NCBI GenBank assembly: GCA_964016885.1
Contig: OZ024744.1
Location: 118,978,001-119,042,000, forward strand
Length of the DNA: 64,000 bases
Reading direction: 5' to 3'
Origin: Eledone cirrhosa
Taxonomy: Eukaryota
Shown in pieces: positions 1-14,730 of the stretch (position 1 is the stretch's first letter; each line of letters opens with the position of its first letter). The notes under the pieces were generated by a model. That model was not told the origin of the DNA. It did no database searches and worked only from the letters and a program-made list of their open reading frames with translations. Position numbers and translations under genes: made by a program.

Positions 1-3000
1 ACTAACGTTACTAACATTATTACTGTAACAACTGACTTGGTGTTACTAACATTATTACTGTAACAACTGACTTGGTGTTACTAACATTATTACTGTAACA
101 ACTGACTAATGTTACTAACATTATTACTGTAACAACTGACTTGGTGTTACTAACATTATTACTGTAACAACTGACTTGGTGTTACTAACATTATTACTGT
201 AACAACTGACTTGGTGTTACTAACATTATTACTGTAACAACTGACTTGGTGTTACTAACATTATTACTGTAACAACTGACTAATGTTACTAACATTATTA
301 CTGTAACAACTGACTTGGTGTTACTAACATTATTACTGTAACAACTGACTAATGTTACTAACATTATTACTGTAACAACTGACTAATGTTACTAACATTA
401 TTACTGTAACAACTGACTTGGTGTTACTAACATTATTACTGTAACAACTGACTAATGTTACTAACATTATTACTGTAACAACTGACTTGGTGTTACTAAC
501 ATTATTACTGTAACAACTGACTAATGTTACTAACATTATTACTGTAACAACTGACTTGGTGTTACTAACATTATTACTGTAACAACTGACTAACGTTACT
601 AACATTATTACTGTAACAACTGACTTGGTGTTACTAACATTATTACTGTAACAACTGACTTGGTGTTACTAACATTATTACTGTAACAACTGACTAATGT
701 TACTAACATTATTACTGTAACAACTGACTTGGTGTTACTAACATTATTACTGTAACAACTGACTTGGTGTTACTAACATTATTACTGTAACAACTGACTT
801 GGTGTTACTAACATTATTACTGTAACAACTGACTTGGTGTTACTAACATTATTACTGTAACAACTGACTAATGTTACTAACATTATTACTGTAACACCTG
901 ACTTGGTGTTACTAACATTATTACTGTAACAACTGACTTGCTGTTACTAACATTATTACTGTAACAACTGACTAATGTTACTAACATTATTACTGTAACA
1001 ATTGACTAATGTTACTAACATTATTACTGTAACAACTGACTTGCTGTTACTAACATTATTACTGTAACAACTGACTTGCTGTTACTAACATTATTACTGT
1101 AACAACTGACTTGGTGTTACTAACATTATTACTGTAACAACTGACTTGCTGATACTAACATTATTACTGTAACAATTGACTTGGTGTTACTAACATTATT
1201 ACTGTAACAACTGACTAACGTTACTAACATTATTACTGTAACAACTGACTAATGGTACTAACATTATTACTGTAACAACTGACTAATGTTACTAACATTA
1301 TTACTGTAACAACTGACTTGGTGTTACTAACATTATTACTGTAACAACTGACTAATGTTACTAACATTATTACTGTAACAACTGACTAATGCTACTAACA
1401 TTATTACTGTAACAACTGACTTGGTGTTACTAACATTATTACTGTAACAACTGACAAATGTTACTAACATTATTACTGTAACAACTGAGTTGGTGTTACT
1501 AACATTATTACTGTAACAACTAACTAATGTTACTAACATTATTACTGTAACAACTGAGTTGGTGTTACTAACATTATTACTGTAACAACTAACTAATGTT
1601 ACTAACATTATTACTGTAACAACTGACTAATGTTACTAACATTATTACTGTAACAACTGACTTGGTGTTACTAACATTATTACTGTAACAACTGACTAAT
1701 GTTACTAACATTATTACTGTAACAACCGACTAATGTTACTAACATTATTACTGTAACAACTGACTAATGTTACTAACATTATTACTGTAACAACTGACTT
1801 GGTGTTACTAACATTAATACTGTAACAACTGACTTGGTGTTACTAACATTATTACTGTAACAACTGACTTGGTGTTACTAACATTATTACTGTAACAACT
1901 GACTAATGTTACTAACATTATTACTGTAACAACTGACTAATGTTACTAACATTATTACTGTAACAACTGACTAATGTTACTAACATTATTACTGTAACAA
2001 CTGACTAATGTTACTAACATTATTACTGTAACAACTGACTTGGTGTTACTAACATTATTACTGTAACAACTGACTAATGTTACTAACATTATTACTGTAA
2101 CAACTGACTTGGTGTTACTAACATTATTACTGTAACAACTGACTAATGTTACTAACATTATTACTGTAACAACTGACTTGGTGTTACTAACATTATTACT
2201 GTAACAACTGACTAACGTTACTAACATTATTACTGTAACAACTGACTTGGTGTTACTAACATTATTACTGTAACAACTGACTTGGTGTTACTAACATTAT
2301 TACTGTAACAACTGACTAATGTTACTAACATTATTACTGTAGCAACTGACTTGGTGTTACTAACATTATTACTGTAACAACTGACTTGGTGTTACTAACA
2401 TTATTACTGTAACAACTGACTTGGTGTTACTAACATTATTACTGTAACAACTGACTAATGTTACTAACATTATTACTGTAACAACTGACTAATGTTACTA
2501 ACATTATTACTGAAACAACTGACTTGGTGTTACTAACATTATTACTGTAACAACTGACTAATGTTACTAACATTTTTACTGTAACAACTGACTTGGTGTT
2601 ACTAACATTATTACTGTAACAACTGACTTGGTGTTACTAACATTATTACTGTAACAACTGACTAATGTTACTAACATTATTACTGTAACAACTGACTTGG
2701 TGTTACTAACATTATTACTGTAACAACTGACTTGGTGTTACTAACATTATTACTGTAACAACTGACTTGGTGTTACTAACATTATTACTGTAACAACTGA
2801 CTTGGTGTTACTAACATTATTACTGTAACAACTGACTAATGTTACTAACATTATTACTGTAACACCTGACTTGGTGTTACTAACATTATTACTGTAACAA
2901 CTGACTTGCTGTTACTAACATTATTACTGTAACAACTGACTTGGTGTTACTAACATTATTACTGTAACAACTGACTAATGTTACTAACATTATTACTGTA

Positions 3001-5769
3001 ACAATTGACTAATGTTACTAACATTATTACTGTAACAACTGACTTGCTGTTACTAACATTATTACTGTAACAACTGACTTGCTGTTACTAACATTATTAC
3101 TGTAACAACTGACTTGGTGTTACTAACATTATTACTGTAACAACTGACTTGCTGTTACTAACATTATTACTGTAACAATTGACTAATGCTACTAACATTA
3201 TTACTGTAACAACTGACTTGGTGTTACTAACATTATTACTGTAACAACTGACAAATGTTACTAACATTATTACTGTAACAACTGAGTTGGTGTTACTAAC
3301 ATTATTACTGTAACAACTAACTAATGTTACTAACATTATTACTGTAACAACTGACTAATGTTACTAACATTATTACTGTAACAACTGACTTGGTGTTACT
3401 AACATTATTACTGTAACAACTGACTAATGTTACTAACATTATTACTGTAACAACCGACTAATGTTACTAACATTATTACTGTAACAACTGACTAATGTTA
3501 CTAACATTATTACTGTAACAACTGACTTGGTGTTACTAACATTAATACTGTAACAACTGACTTGGTGTTACTAACATTATTACTGTAACAACTGACTTGG
3601 TGTTACTAACATTATTACTGTAACAACTGACTAATGTTACTAACATTATTACTGTAACAACTGACTAATGTTACTAACATTATTACTGTAACAACTGACT
3701 AATGTTACTAACATTATTACTGTAACAACTGACTAATGTTACTAACATTATTACTGTAACAACTGACTTGGTGTTACTAACATTATTACTGTAACAACTG
3801 ACTAATGTTACTAACATTATTACTGTAACAACTGACTTGGTGTTACTAACATTATTACTGTAACAACTGACTAATGTTACTAACATTATTACTGAAACAA
3901 CTGACTTGGTGTTACTAACATTATTACTGTAACAACTGACTAACGTTACTAACATTATTACTGTAACAACTGACTTGGTGTTACTAACATTATTACTGTA
4001 ACAACTGACTTGGTGTTACTAACATTATTACTGTAACAACTGACTAATGTTACTAACATTATTACTGTAGCAACTGACTTGGTGTTACTAACATTATTAC
4101 TGTAACAACTGACTTGGTGTTACTAACATTATTACTGTAACAACTGACTTGGTGTTACTAATATTATTACTGTAACAACTGACTAATGTTACTAACATTA
4201 TTACTGTAACAACTGACTAATGTTACTAACATTATTACTGAAACAACTGACTTGGTGTTACTAACATTATTACTGTAACAACTGACTAATGTTACTAACA
4301 TTTTTACTGTAACAACTGACTTGGTGTTACTAACATTATTACTGTAACAACTGACTTGGTGTTACTAACATTATTACTGTAACAACTGACTAATGTTACT
4401 AACATTATTACTGTAACAACTGACTTGGTGTTACTAACATTATTACTGTAACAACTGACTTGGTGTTACTAACATTATTACTGTAACAACTGACTTGGTG
4501 TTACTAACATTATTACTGTAACAACTGACTTGGTGTTACTAACATTATTACTGTAACAACTGACTAATGTTACTAACATTATTACTGTAACACCTGACTT
4601 GGTGTTACTAACATTATTACTGTAACAACTGACTTGCTGTTACTAACATTATTACTGTAACAACTGACTTGGTGTTACTAACATTATTACTGTAACAACT
4701 GACTAATGTTACTAACATTATTACTGTAACAATTGACTAATGTTACTAACATTATTACTGTAACAACTGACTTGCTGTTACTAACATTATTACTGTAACA
4801 ACTGACTTGCTGTTACTAACATTATTACTGTAACAACTGACTTGGTGTTACTAACATTATTACTGTAACAACTGACTTGCTGTTACTAACATTATTACTG
4901 TAACAATTGACTTGGTGTTACTAACATTATTACTGTAACAACTGACTAACGTTACTAACATTATTACTGTAACAACTGACTAATGGTACTAACATTATTA
5001 CTGTAACAACTGACTAATGTTACTAACATTATTACTGTAACAACTGACTTGGTGTTACTAACATTATTACTGTAACAACTGACTAATGTTACTAACATTA
5101 TTACTGTAACAACTGACTAATGCTACTAACATTATTACTGTAACAACTGACTTGGTGTTACTAACATTATTACTGTAACAACTGACAAATGTTACTAACA
5201 TTATTACTGTAACAACTGAGTTGGTGTTACTAACATTATTACTGTAACAACTAACTAATGTTACTAACATTATTACTGTAACAACTGACTAATGTTACTA
5301 ACATTATTACTGTAACAACTGACTTGGTGTTACTAACATTATTACTGTAACAACTGACTAATGTTACTAACATTATTACTGTAACAACCGACTAATGTTA
5401 CTAACATTATTACTGTAACAACTGACTAATGTTACTAACATTATTACTGTAACAACTGACTTGGTGTTACTAACATTAATACTGTAACAACTGACTTGGT
5501 GTTACTAACATTATTACTGTAACAACTGACTTGGTGTTACTAACATTATTACTGTAACAACTGACTAATGTTACTAACATTATTACTGTAACAACTGACT
5601 AATGTTACTAACATTATTACTGTAACAACTGACTAATGTTACTAACATTATTACTGTAACAACTGACTAATGTTACTAACATTATTACTGTAACAACTGA
5701 CTTGGTGTTACTAACATTATTACTGTAACAACTGACTAATGTTACTAACATTATTACTGTAACAACTGA

Positions 5770-8700
5770 CTTGGTGTTACTAACATTATTACTGTAACAA
5801 CTGACTAATGTTACTAACATTATTACTGTAACAACTGACTTGGTGTTACTAACATTATTACTGTAACAACTGACTAACGTTACTAACATTATTACTGTAA
5901 CAACTGACTTGGTGTTACTAACATTATTACTGTAACAACTGACTTGGTGTTACTAACATTATTACTGTAACAACTGACTAATGTTACTAACATTATTACT
6001 GTAGCAACTGACTTGGTGTTACTAACATTATTACTGTAACAACTGACTTGGTGTTACTAACATTATTACTGTAACAACTGACTTGGTGTTACTAACATTA
6101 TTACTGTAACAACTGACTAATGTTACTAACATTATTACTGTAACAACTGACTAATGTTACTAACATTATTACTGAAACAACTGACTTGGTGTTACTAACA
6201 TTATTACTGTAACAACTGACTAATGTTACTAACATTTTTACTGTAACAACTGACTTGGTGTTACTAACATTATTACTGTAACAACTGACTTGGTGTTACT
6301 AACATTATTACTGTAACAACTGACTAATGTTACTAACATTATTACTGTAACAACTGACTTGGTGTTACTAACATTATTACTGTAACAACTGACTTGGTGT
6401 TACTAACATTATTACTGTAACAACTGACTTGGTGTTACTAACATTATTACTGTAACAACTGACTTGGTGTTACTAACATTATTACTGTAACAACTGACTA
6501 ATGTTACTAACATTATTACTGTAACACCTGACTTGGTGTTACTAACATTATTACTGTAACAACTGACTTGCTGTTACTAACATTATTACTGTAACAACTG
6601 ACTTGGTGTTACTAACATTATTACTGTAACAACTGACTAATGTTACTAACATTATTACTGTAACAACTGACTAATGTTACTAACATTATTACTATAACAA
6701 CTGACTTGCTGTTACTAACATTATTACTGTAACAACTGACTTGCTGTTACTAACATTATTACTGTAACAACTGACTTGGTGTTACTAACATTATTACTGT
6801 AACAACTGACTTGCTGTTACTAACATTATTACTGTAACAATTGACTTGGTGTTACTAACATTATTACTGTAACAACTGACTAACGTTACTAACATTATTA
6901 CTGTAACAACTGACTAATGGTACTAACATTATTACTGTAACAACTGACTTGGTGTTACTAACGTTATTACTGTAACAACTGACTTGGTGTTACTAACATT
7001 ATTACTGTAACAACTGACTTGGTGTTACTAACATTATTACTGTAACAACTGACTAATGTTACTAACATTATTACTGTAACAACTGACTAATGTTACTAAC
7101 ATTATTACTGTAACTACTGACTTGCTGTTACTAACATTATTACTGTAACAACTGACTTGCTGTTACTAACATTATTACTGTAACAATTGACTTGGTGTTA
7201 CTAACATTATTACTGTAACAACTGACTAATGTTACTAACATTATTACTGTAACAACTGACTAATGTTACTAACATTATTACTGTAACAACTGACTAATGT
7301 TACTAACATTATTACTGTAACAACTGACTAATGTTACTAACATTATTACTGTAATAACTGACTTGGTGTTACTAACATTATTACTGTAACAACTGACTAA
7401 TGTTACTAACATTATTACTGTAACAACTGACTTCGTGTTACTAACATTATTACTGTAACAACTGACTAATGTTACTAACATTATTACTGTAACAACTGAC
7501 TTGGTGTTACTAACATTATTACTGTAACAACTGACTTGCTGTTACTAACATTATTACTGTAACAATTGACTTGGTGTTACTAACATTATTACTGTAACAA
7601 CTGACTAATGTTACTAACATTATTACTGTAACAACTGACTAATGTTACTAACATTATTACTGTAACAACTGACTAATGTTACTAACATTATTACTGTAAC
7701 AACTGACTAATGTTACTAACATTATTACTGTAACAACTGACTTGGTGTTACTAACATTATTACTGTAACAACTGACTAATGTTACTAACATTATTACTGT
7801 AACAACTGACTAATGCTACTAACATTATTACTGTAACAACTGACTTGGTGTTACTAACATTATTACTGTAACAACTGACAAATGTTACTAACATTATTAC
7901 TGTAACAACTGAGTTGGTGTTACTAACATTATTACTGTAACAACTAACTAATGTTACTAACATTATTACTGTAACAACTGACTAATGTTACTAACATTAT
8001 TACTGTAACAACTGACTTGGTGTTACTAACATTATTACTGTAACAACTGACTAATGTTACTAACATTATTACTGTAACAACCGACTAATGTTACTAACAT
8101 TATTACTGTAACAACTGACTAATGTTACTAACATTATTACTGTAACAACTGACTTGGTGTTACTAACATTAATACTGTAACAACTGACTTGGTGTTACTA
8201 ACATTATTACTGTAACAACTGACTTGGTGTTACTAACATTATTACTGTAACAACTGACTAATGTTACTAACATTATTACTGTAACAACTGACTAATGTTA
8301 CTAACATTATTACTGTAACAACTGACTAATGTTACTAACATTATTACTGTAACAACTGACTAATGTTACTAACATTATTACTGTAACAACTGACTTGGTG
8401 TTACTAACATTATTACTGTAACAACTGACTAATGTTACTAACATTATTACTGTAACAACTGACTTGGTGTTACTAACATTATTACTGTAACAACTGACTA
8501 ATGTTACTAACATTATTACTGTAACAACTGACTTGGTGTTACTAACATTATTACTGTTTACAACTGACTTGCTGTTACTAACATTATTACTGTAACAATT
8601 GACTTGGTGTTACTAACATTATTACTGTAACAACTGACTAATGTTACTAACATTATTACTGTAACAACTGACTAATGTTACTAACATTATTACTGTAACA

Positions 8701-11700
8701 ACTGACTAATGTTACTAACATTATTACTGTAACAACTGAGTAATGTTACTAACATTATTACTGTAACAACTGACTTGGTGTTACTAACATTATTACTGTA
8801 ACAACTGACTAATGTTACTAACATTATTACTGTAACAACTGACTTGGTGTTACTAACATTATTACTGTAACAACTGACTAATGTTACTAACATTATTACT
8901 GTAACAACTGACTTGGTGTTACTAACATTATTACTGTAACAACTGACTAATGTTACTAACATTATTACTGTAACAACTGAGTAATGTTACTAACATTATT
9001 ACTGTAACAACTGACTTGGTGTTACTAACATTATTACTGTAACAACTGACTAATGCTACTAACATTATTACTGTAACAACTGACTTGGTGTTAGTAACAT
9101 TATTACTGTAACAACTGACTAATGTTACTAACATTATTACTGTAACAACTGACTTGGTGTTACTAACATTATTACTGTAACAACTAACTAATGTTACTAA
9201 CATTATTACTGTAACAACTGACTAATGTTACTAACATTATTACTGTAACAACTGACTTGGTGTTACTAACATTATTACTGTAACAACTGACTAATGTTAC
9301 TAACATTATTACTGTAACAACTGACTTGGTGTTACTAACATTATTACTGTAACAACTGACTTGCTCTTACTAACATTATTACTGTAACAATTGACTTGGT
9401 GTTACTAACATTATTACTGTAACAACTGACTAATGTTACTAACATTATTACTGTAACAACTGACTAATGTTACTAACATTATTACTGTAACAACTGACTA
9501 ATGTTACTAACATTATTACTGTAACAACTGACTAATGTTACTAACATTATTACTGTAACAACTGACTTGGTGTTACTAACATTATTACTGTAACAACTGA
9601 CTAATGTTACTAACATTATTACTGTAACAACTGACTAATGCTACTAACATTATTACTGTAACAACTGACTTGGTGTTACTAACATTATTACTGTAACAAC
9701 TGACTAATGTTACTAACATTATTACTGTAACAACTGACTTGGTGTTACTAACATTATTACTGTAACAACTAACTAATGTTACTAACATTATTACTGTAAC
9801 AACTGACTAATGTTACTAACATTATTACTGTAACAACTGACTTGGTGTTACTAACATTATTACTGTAACAACTGACTAATGTTACTAACATTATTACTGT
9901 AACAACCGACTAATGTTACTAACAATATTACTGTAACAACTGACTAATGTTACTAACATTATTACTGTAACAACTGACTTGGTGTTACTAACATTAATAC
10001 TGTAACAACTGACTTGGTGTTACTAACATTATTACTGTAACAACTGACTTGGTGTTACTAACATTATTACTGTAACAACTGACTAATGTTACTAACATTA
10101 TTACTGTAACAACTGACTAATGTTACTAACATTATTACTGTAACAACTGACTAATGTTACTAACATTATTACTGTAACAACTGACTAATGTTACTAACAT
10201 TATTACTGTAACAACTGACTTGGTGTTACTAACATTATTACTGTAACAACTGACTAATGTTACTAACATTATTACTGTAACAACTGACTTGGTGTTACTA
10301 ACATTATTACTGTAACAACTGACTAATGTTACTAACATTATTACTGTAACAACTGACTTGGTGTTACTAACATTATTACTGTTTACAACTGACTTGCTGT
10401 TACTAACATTATTACTGTAACAATTGACTTGGTGTTACTAACATTATTACTGTAACAACTGACTAATGTTACTAACATTATTACTGTAACAACTGACTAA
10501 TGTTACTAACATTATTACTGTAACAACTGACTAATGTTACTAACATTATTACTGTAACAACTGAGTAATGTTACTAACATTATTACTGTAACAACTGACT
10601 TGGTGTTACTAACATTATTACTGTAACAACTGACTAATGTTACTAACATTATTACTGTAACAACTGACTAATGCTACTAACATTATTACTGTAACAACTG
10701 ACTTGGTGTTAGTAACATTATTACTGTAACAACTGACTAATGTTACTAACATTATTACTGTAACAACTGACTTGGTGTTACTAACATTATTACTGTAACA
10801 ACTAACTAATGTTACTAACATTATTACTGTAACAACTGACTAATGTTACTAACATTATTACTGTAACAACTGACTTGGTGTTACTAACATTATTACTGTA
10901 ACAACTGACTAATGTTACTAACATTATTACTGTAACAACTGACTTGGTGTTACTAACATTATTACTGTAACAACTGACTTGCTCTTACTAACATTATTAC
11001 TGTAACAATTGACTTGGTGTTACTAACATTATTACTGTAACAACTGACTAATGTTACTAACATTATTACTGTAACAACTGACTAATGTTACTAACATTAT
11101 TACTGTAACAACTGACTAATGTTACTAACATTATTACTGTAACAACTGACTAATGTTACTAACATTATTACTGTAACAACTGACTTGGTGTTACTAACAT
11201 TATTACTGTAACAACTGACTAATGTTACTAACATTATTACTGTAACAACTGACTAATGCTACTAACATTATTACTGTAACAACTGACTTGGTGTTACTAA
11301 CATTATTACTGTAACAACTGACTAATGTTACTAACATTATTACTGTAACAACTGACTTGGTGTTACTAACATTATTACTGTAACAACTAACTAATGTTAC
11401 TAACATTATTACTGTAACAACTGACTAATGTTACTAACATTATTACTGTAACAACTGACTTGGTGTTACTAACATTATTACTGTAACAACTGACTAATGT
11501 TACTAACATTATTACTGTAACAACCGACTAATGTTACTAACAATATTACTGTAACAACTGACTAATGTTACTAACATTATTACTGTAACAACTGACTTGG
11601 TGTTACTAACATTAATACTGTAACAACTGACTTGGTGTTACTAACATTATTACTGTAACAACTGACTAATGTTACTAACATTATTACTGTAACAACTGAC

Positions 11701-14700
11701 TTGGTGTTACTAACATTATTACTGTAACAACTGACTAATGTTACTAACATTATTACTGTAACAACTGACTTGGTGTTACTAACATTATTACTGTAACAAC
11801 TGACTAACGTTACTAACATTATTACTGTAACAACTGACTTGGTGTTACTAACATTATTACTGTAACAACTGACTTGGTGTTACTAACATTATTACTGTAA
11901 CAACTGACTAATGTTACTAACATTATTACTGTAGCAACTGACTTGGTGTTACTAACATTATTACTGTAACAACTGACTTGGTGTTACTAACATTATTACT
12001 GTAACAACTGACTTGGTGTTACTAACATTATTACTGTAACAACTGACTAATGTTACTAACATTATTACTGTAACAACTGACTAATGTTACTAACATTATT
12101 ACTGAAACAACTGACTTGGTGTTACTAACATTATTACTGTAACAACTGACTAATGTTACTAACATTTTTACTGTAACAACTGACTTGGTGTTACTAACAT
12201 TATTACTGTAACAACTGACTTGGTGTTACTAACATTATTACTGTAACAACTGACTAATGTTACTAACATTATTACTGTAACAACTGACTTGGTGTTACTA
12301 ACATTATTACTGTAACAACTGACTTGGTGTTACTAACATTATTACTGTAACAACTGACTTGGTGTTACTAACATTATTACTGTAACAACTGACTTGGTGT
12401 TACTAACATTATTACTGTAACAACTGACTAATGTTACTAACATTATTACTGTAACACCTGACTTGGTGTTACTAACATTATTACTGTAACAACTGACTTG
12501 CTGTTACTAACATTATTACTGTAACAACTGACTTGGTGTTACTAACATTATTACTGTAACAACTGACTAATGTTACTAACATTATTACTGTAACAACTGA
12601 CTAATGTTACTAACATTATTACTATAACAACTGACTTGCTGTTACTAACATTATTACTGTAACAACTGACTTGCTGTTACTAACATTATTACTGTAACAA
12701 CTGACTTGGTGTTACTAACATTATTACTGTAACAACTGACTTGCTGTTACTAACATTATTACTGTAACAATTGACTTGGTGTTACTAACATTATTACTGT
12801 AACAACTGACTAACGTTACTAACATTATTACTGTAACAACTGACTAATGGTACTAACATTATTACTGTAACAACTGACTTGGTGTTACTAACGTTATTAC
12901 TGTAACAACTGACTTGGTGTTACTAACATTATTACTGTAACAACTGACTTGGTGTTACTAACATTATTACTGTAACAACTGACTAATGTTACTAACATTA
13001 TTACTGTAACAACTGACTAATGTTACTAACATTATTACTGTAACTACTGACTTGCTGTTACTAACATTATTACTGTAACAACTGACTTGCTGTTACTAAC
13101 ATTATTACTGTAACAATTGACTTGGTGTTACTAACATTATTACTGTAACAACTGACTAATGTTACTAACATTATTACTGTAACAACTGACTAATGTTACT
13201 AACATTATTACTGTAACAACTGACTAATGTTACTAACATTATTACTGTAACAACTGACTAATGTTACTAACATTATTACTGTAATAACTGACTTGGTGTT
13301 ACTAACATTATTACTGTAACAACTGACTAATGTTACTAACATTATTACTGTAACAACTGACTTGGTGTTACTAACATTATTACTGTAACAACTGACTAAT
13401 GTTACTAACATTATTACTGTAACAACTGACTTGGTGTTACTAACATTATTACTGTAACAACTGACTTGCTGTTACTAACATTATTACTGTAACAATTGAC
13501 TTGGTGTTACTAACATTATTACTGTAACAACTGACTAATGTTACTAACATTATTACTGTAACAACTGACTAATGTTACTAACATTATTCCTGTAACAACT
13601 GACTAATGTTACTAACATTATTACTGTAACAACTGACTAATGTTACTAACATTATTACTGTAACAACTGACTTGGTGTTACTAACATTATTACTGTAACA
13701 ACTGACTAATGTTACTAACATTATTACTGTAACAACTGACTAATGCTACTAACATTATTACTGTAACAACTGACTTGGTGTTACTAACATTATTACTGTA
13801 ACAACTGACAAATGTTACTAACATTATTACTGTAACAACTGAGTTGGTGTTACTAACATTATTACTGTAACAACTAACTAATGTTACTAACATTATTACT
13901 GTAACAACTGACTAATGTTACTAACATTATTACTGTAACAACTGACTTGGTGTTACTAACATTATTACTGTAACAACTGACTAATGTTACTAACATTATT
14001 ACTGTAACAACCGACTAATGTTACTAACATTATTACTGTAACAACTGACTAATGTTACTAACATTATTACTGTAACAACTGACTTGGTGTTACTAACATT
14101 AATACTGTAACAACTGACTTGGTGTTACTAACATTATTACTGTAACAACTGACTTGGTGTTACTAACATTATTACTGTAACAACTGACTAATGTTACTAA
14201 CATTATTACTGTAACAACTGACTAATGTTACTAACATTATTACTGTAACAACTGACTAATGTTACTAACATTATTACTGTAACAACTGACTAATGTTACT
14301 AACATTATTACTGTAACAACTGACTTGGTGTTACTAACATTATTACTGTAACAACTGACTAATGTTACTAACATTATTACTGTAACAACTGACTTGGTGT
14401 TACTAACATTATTACTGTAACAACTGACTAATGTTACTAACATTATTACTGTAACAACTGACTTGGTGTTACTAACATTATTACTGTTTACAACTGACTT
14501 GCTGTTACTAACATTATTACTGTAACAATTGACTTGGTGTTACTAACATTATTACTGTAACAACTGACTAATGTTACTAACATTATTACTGTAACAACTG
14601 ACTAATGTTACTAACATTATTACTGTAACAACTGACTAATGTTACTAACATTATTACTGTAACAACTGAGTAATGTTACTAACATTATTACTGTAACAAC

Positions 14701-14730
14701 TGACTTGGTGTTACTAACATTATTACTGTA
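5770..14730. repeat. Higher-order block duplication: ~5770-8800 repeated at ~11700-14730 (offset 5930 bp)
   Basis: Rare variants recur at a constant offset of 5930: GTAGCAAC 6001/11931, ACTATAAC 6691/12621, GAGTAAT 8738/14668. ORF-track pairs 7278/13208, 7760/13690 and 8310/14240 agree. Confidence 0.85.

Noticed and set aside
29-34. CAACTG Myb/E-box motif in each monomer
   Set aside because: A 6-bp degenerate match is expected by chance, and this site is among the most frequently mutated (CAATTG, CAACCG, CACCTG, CAACTA).
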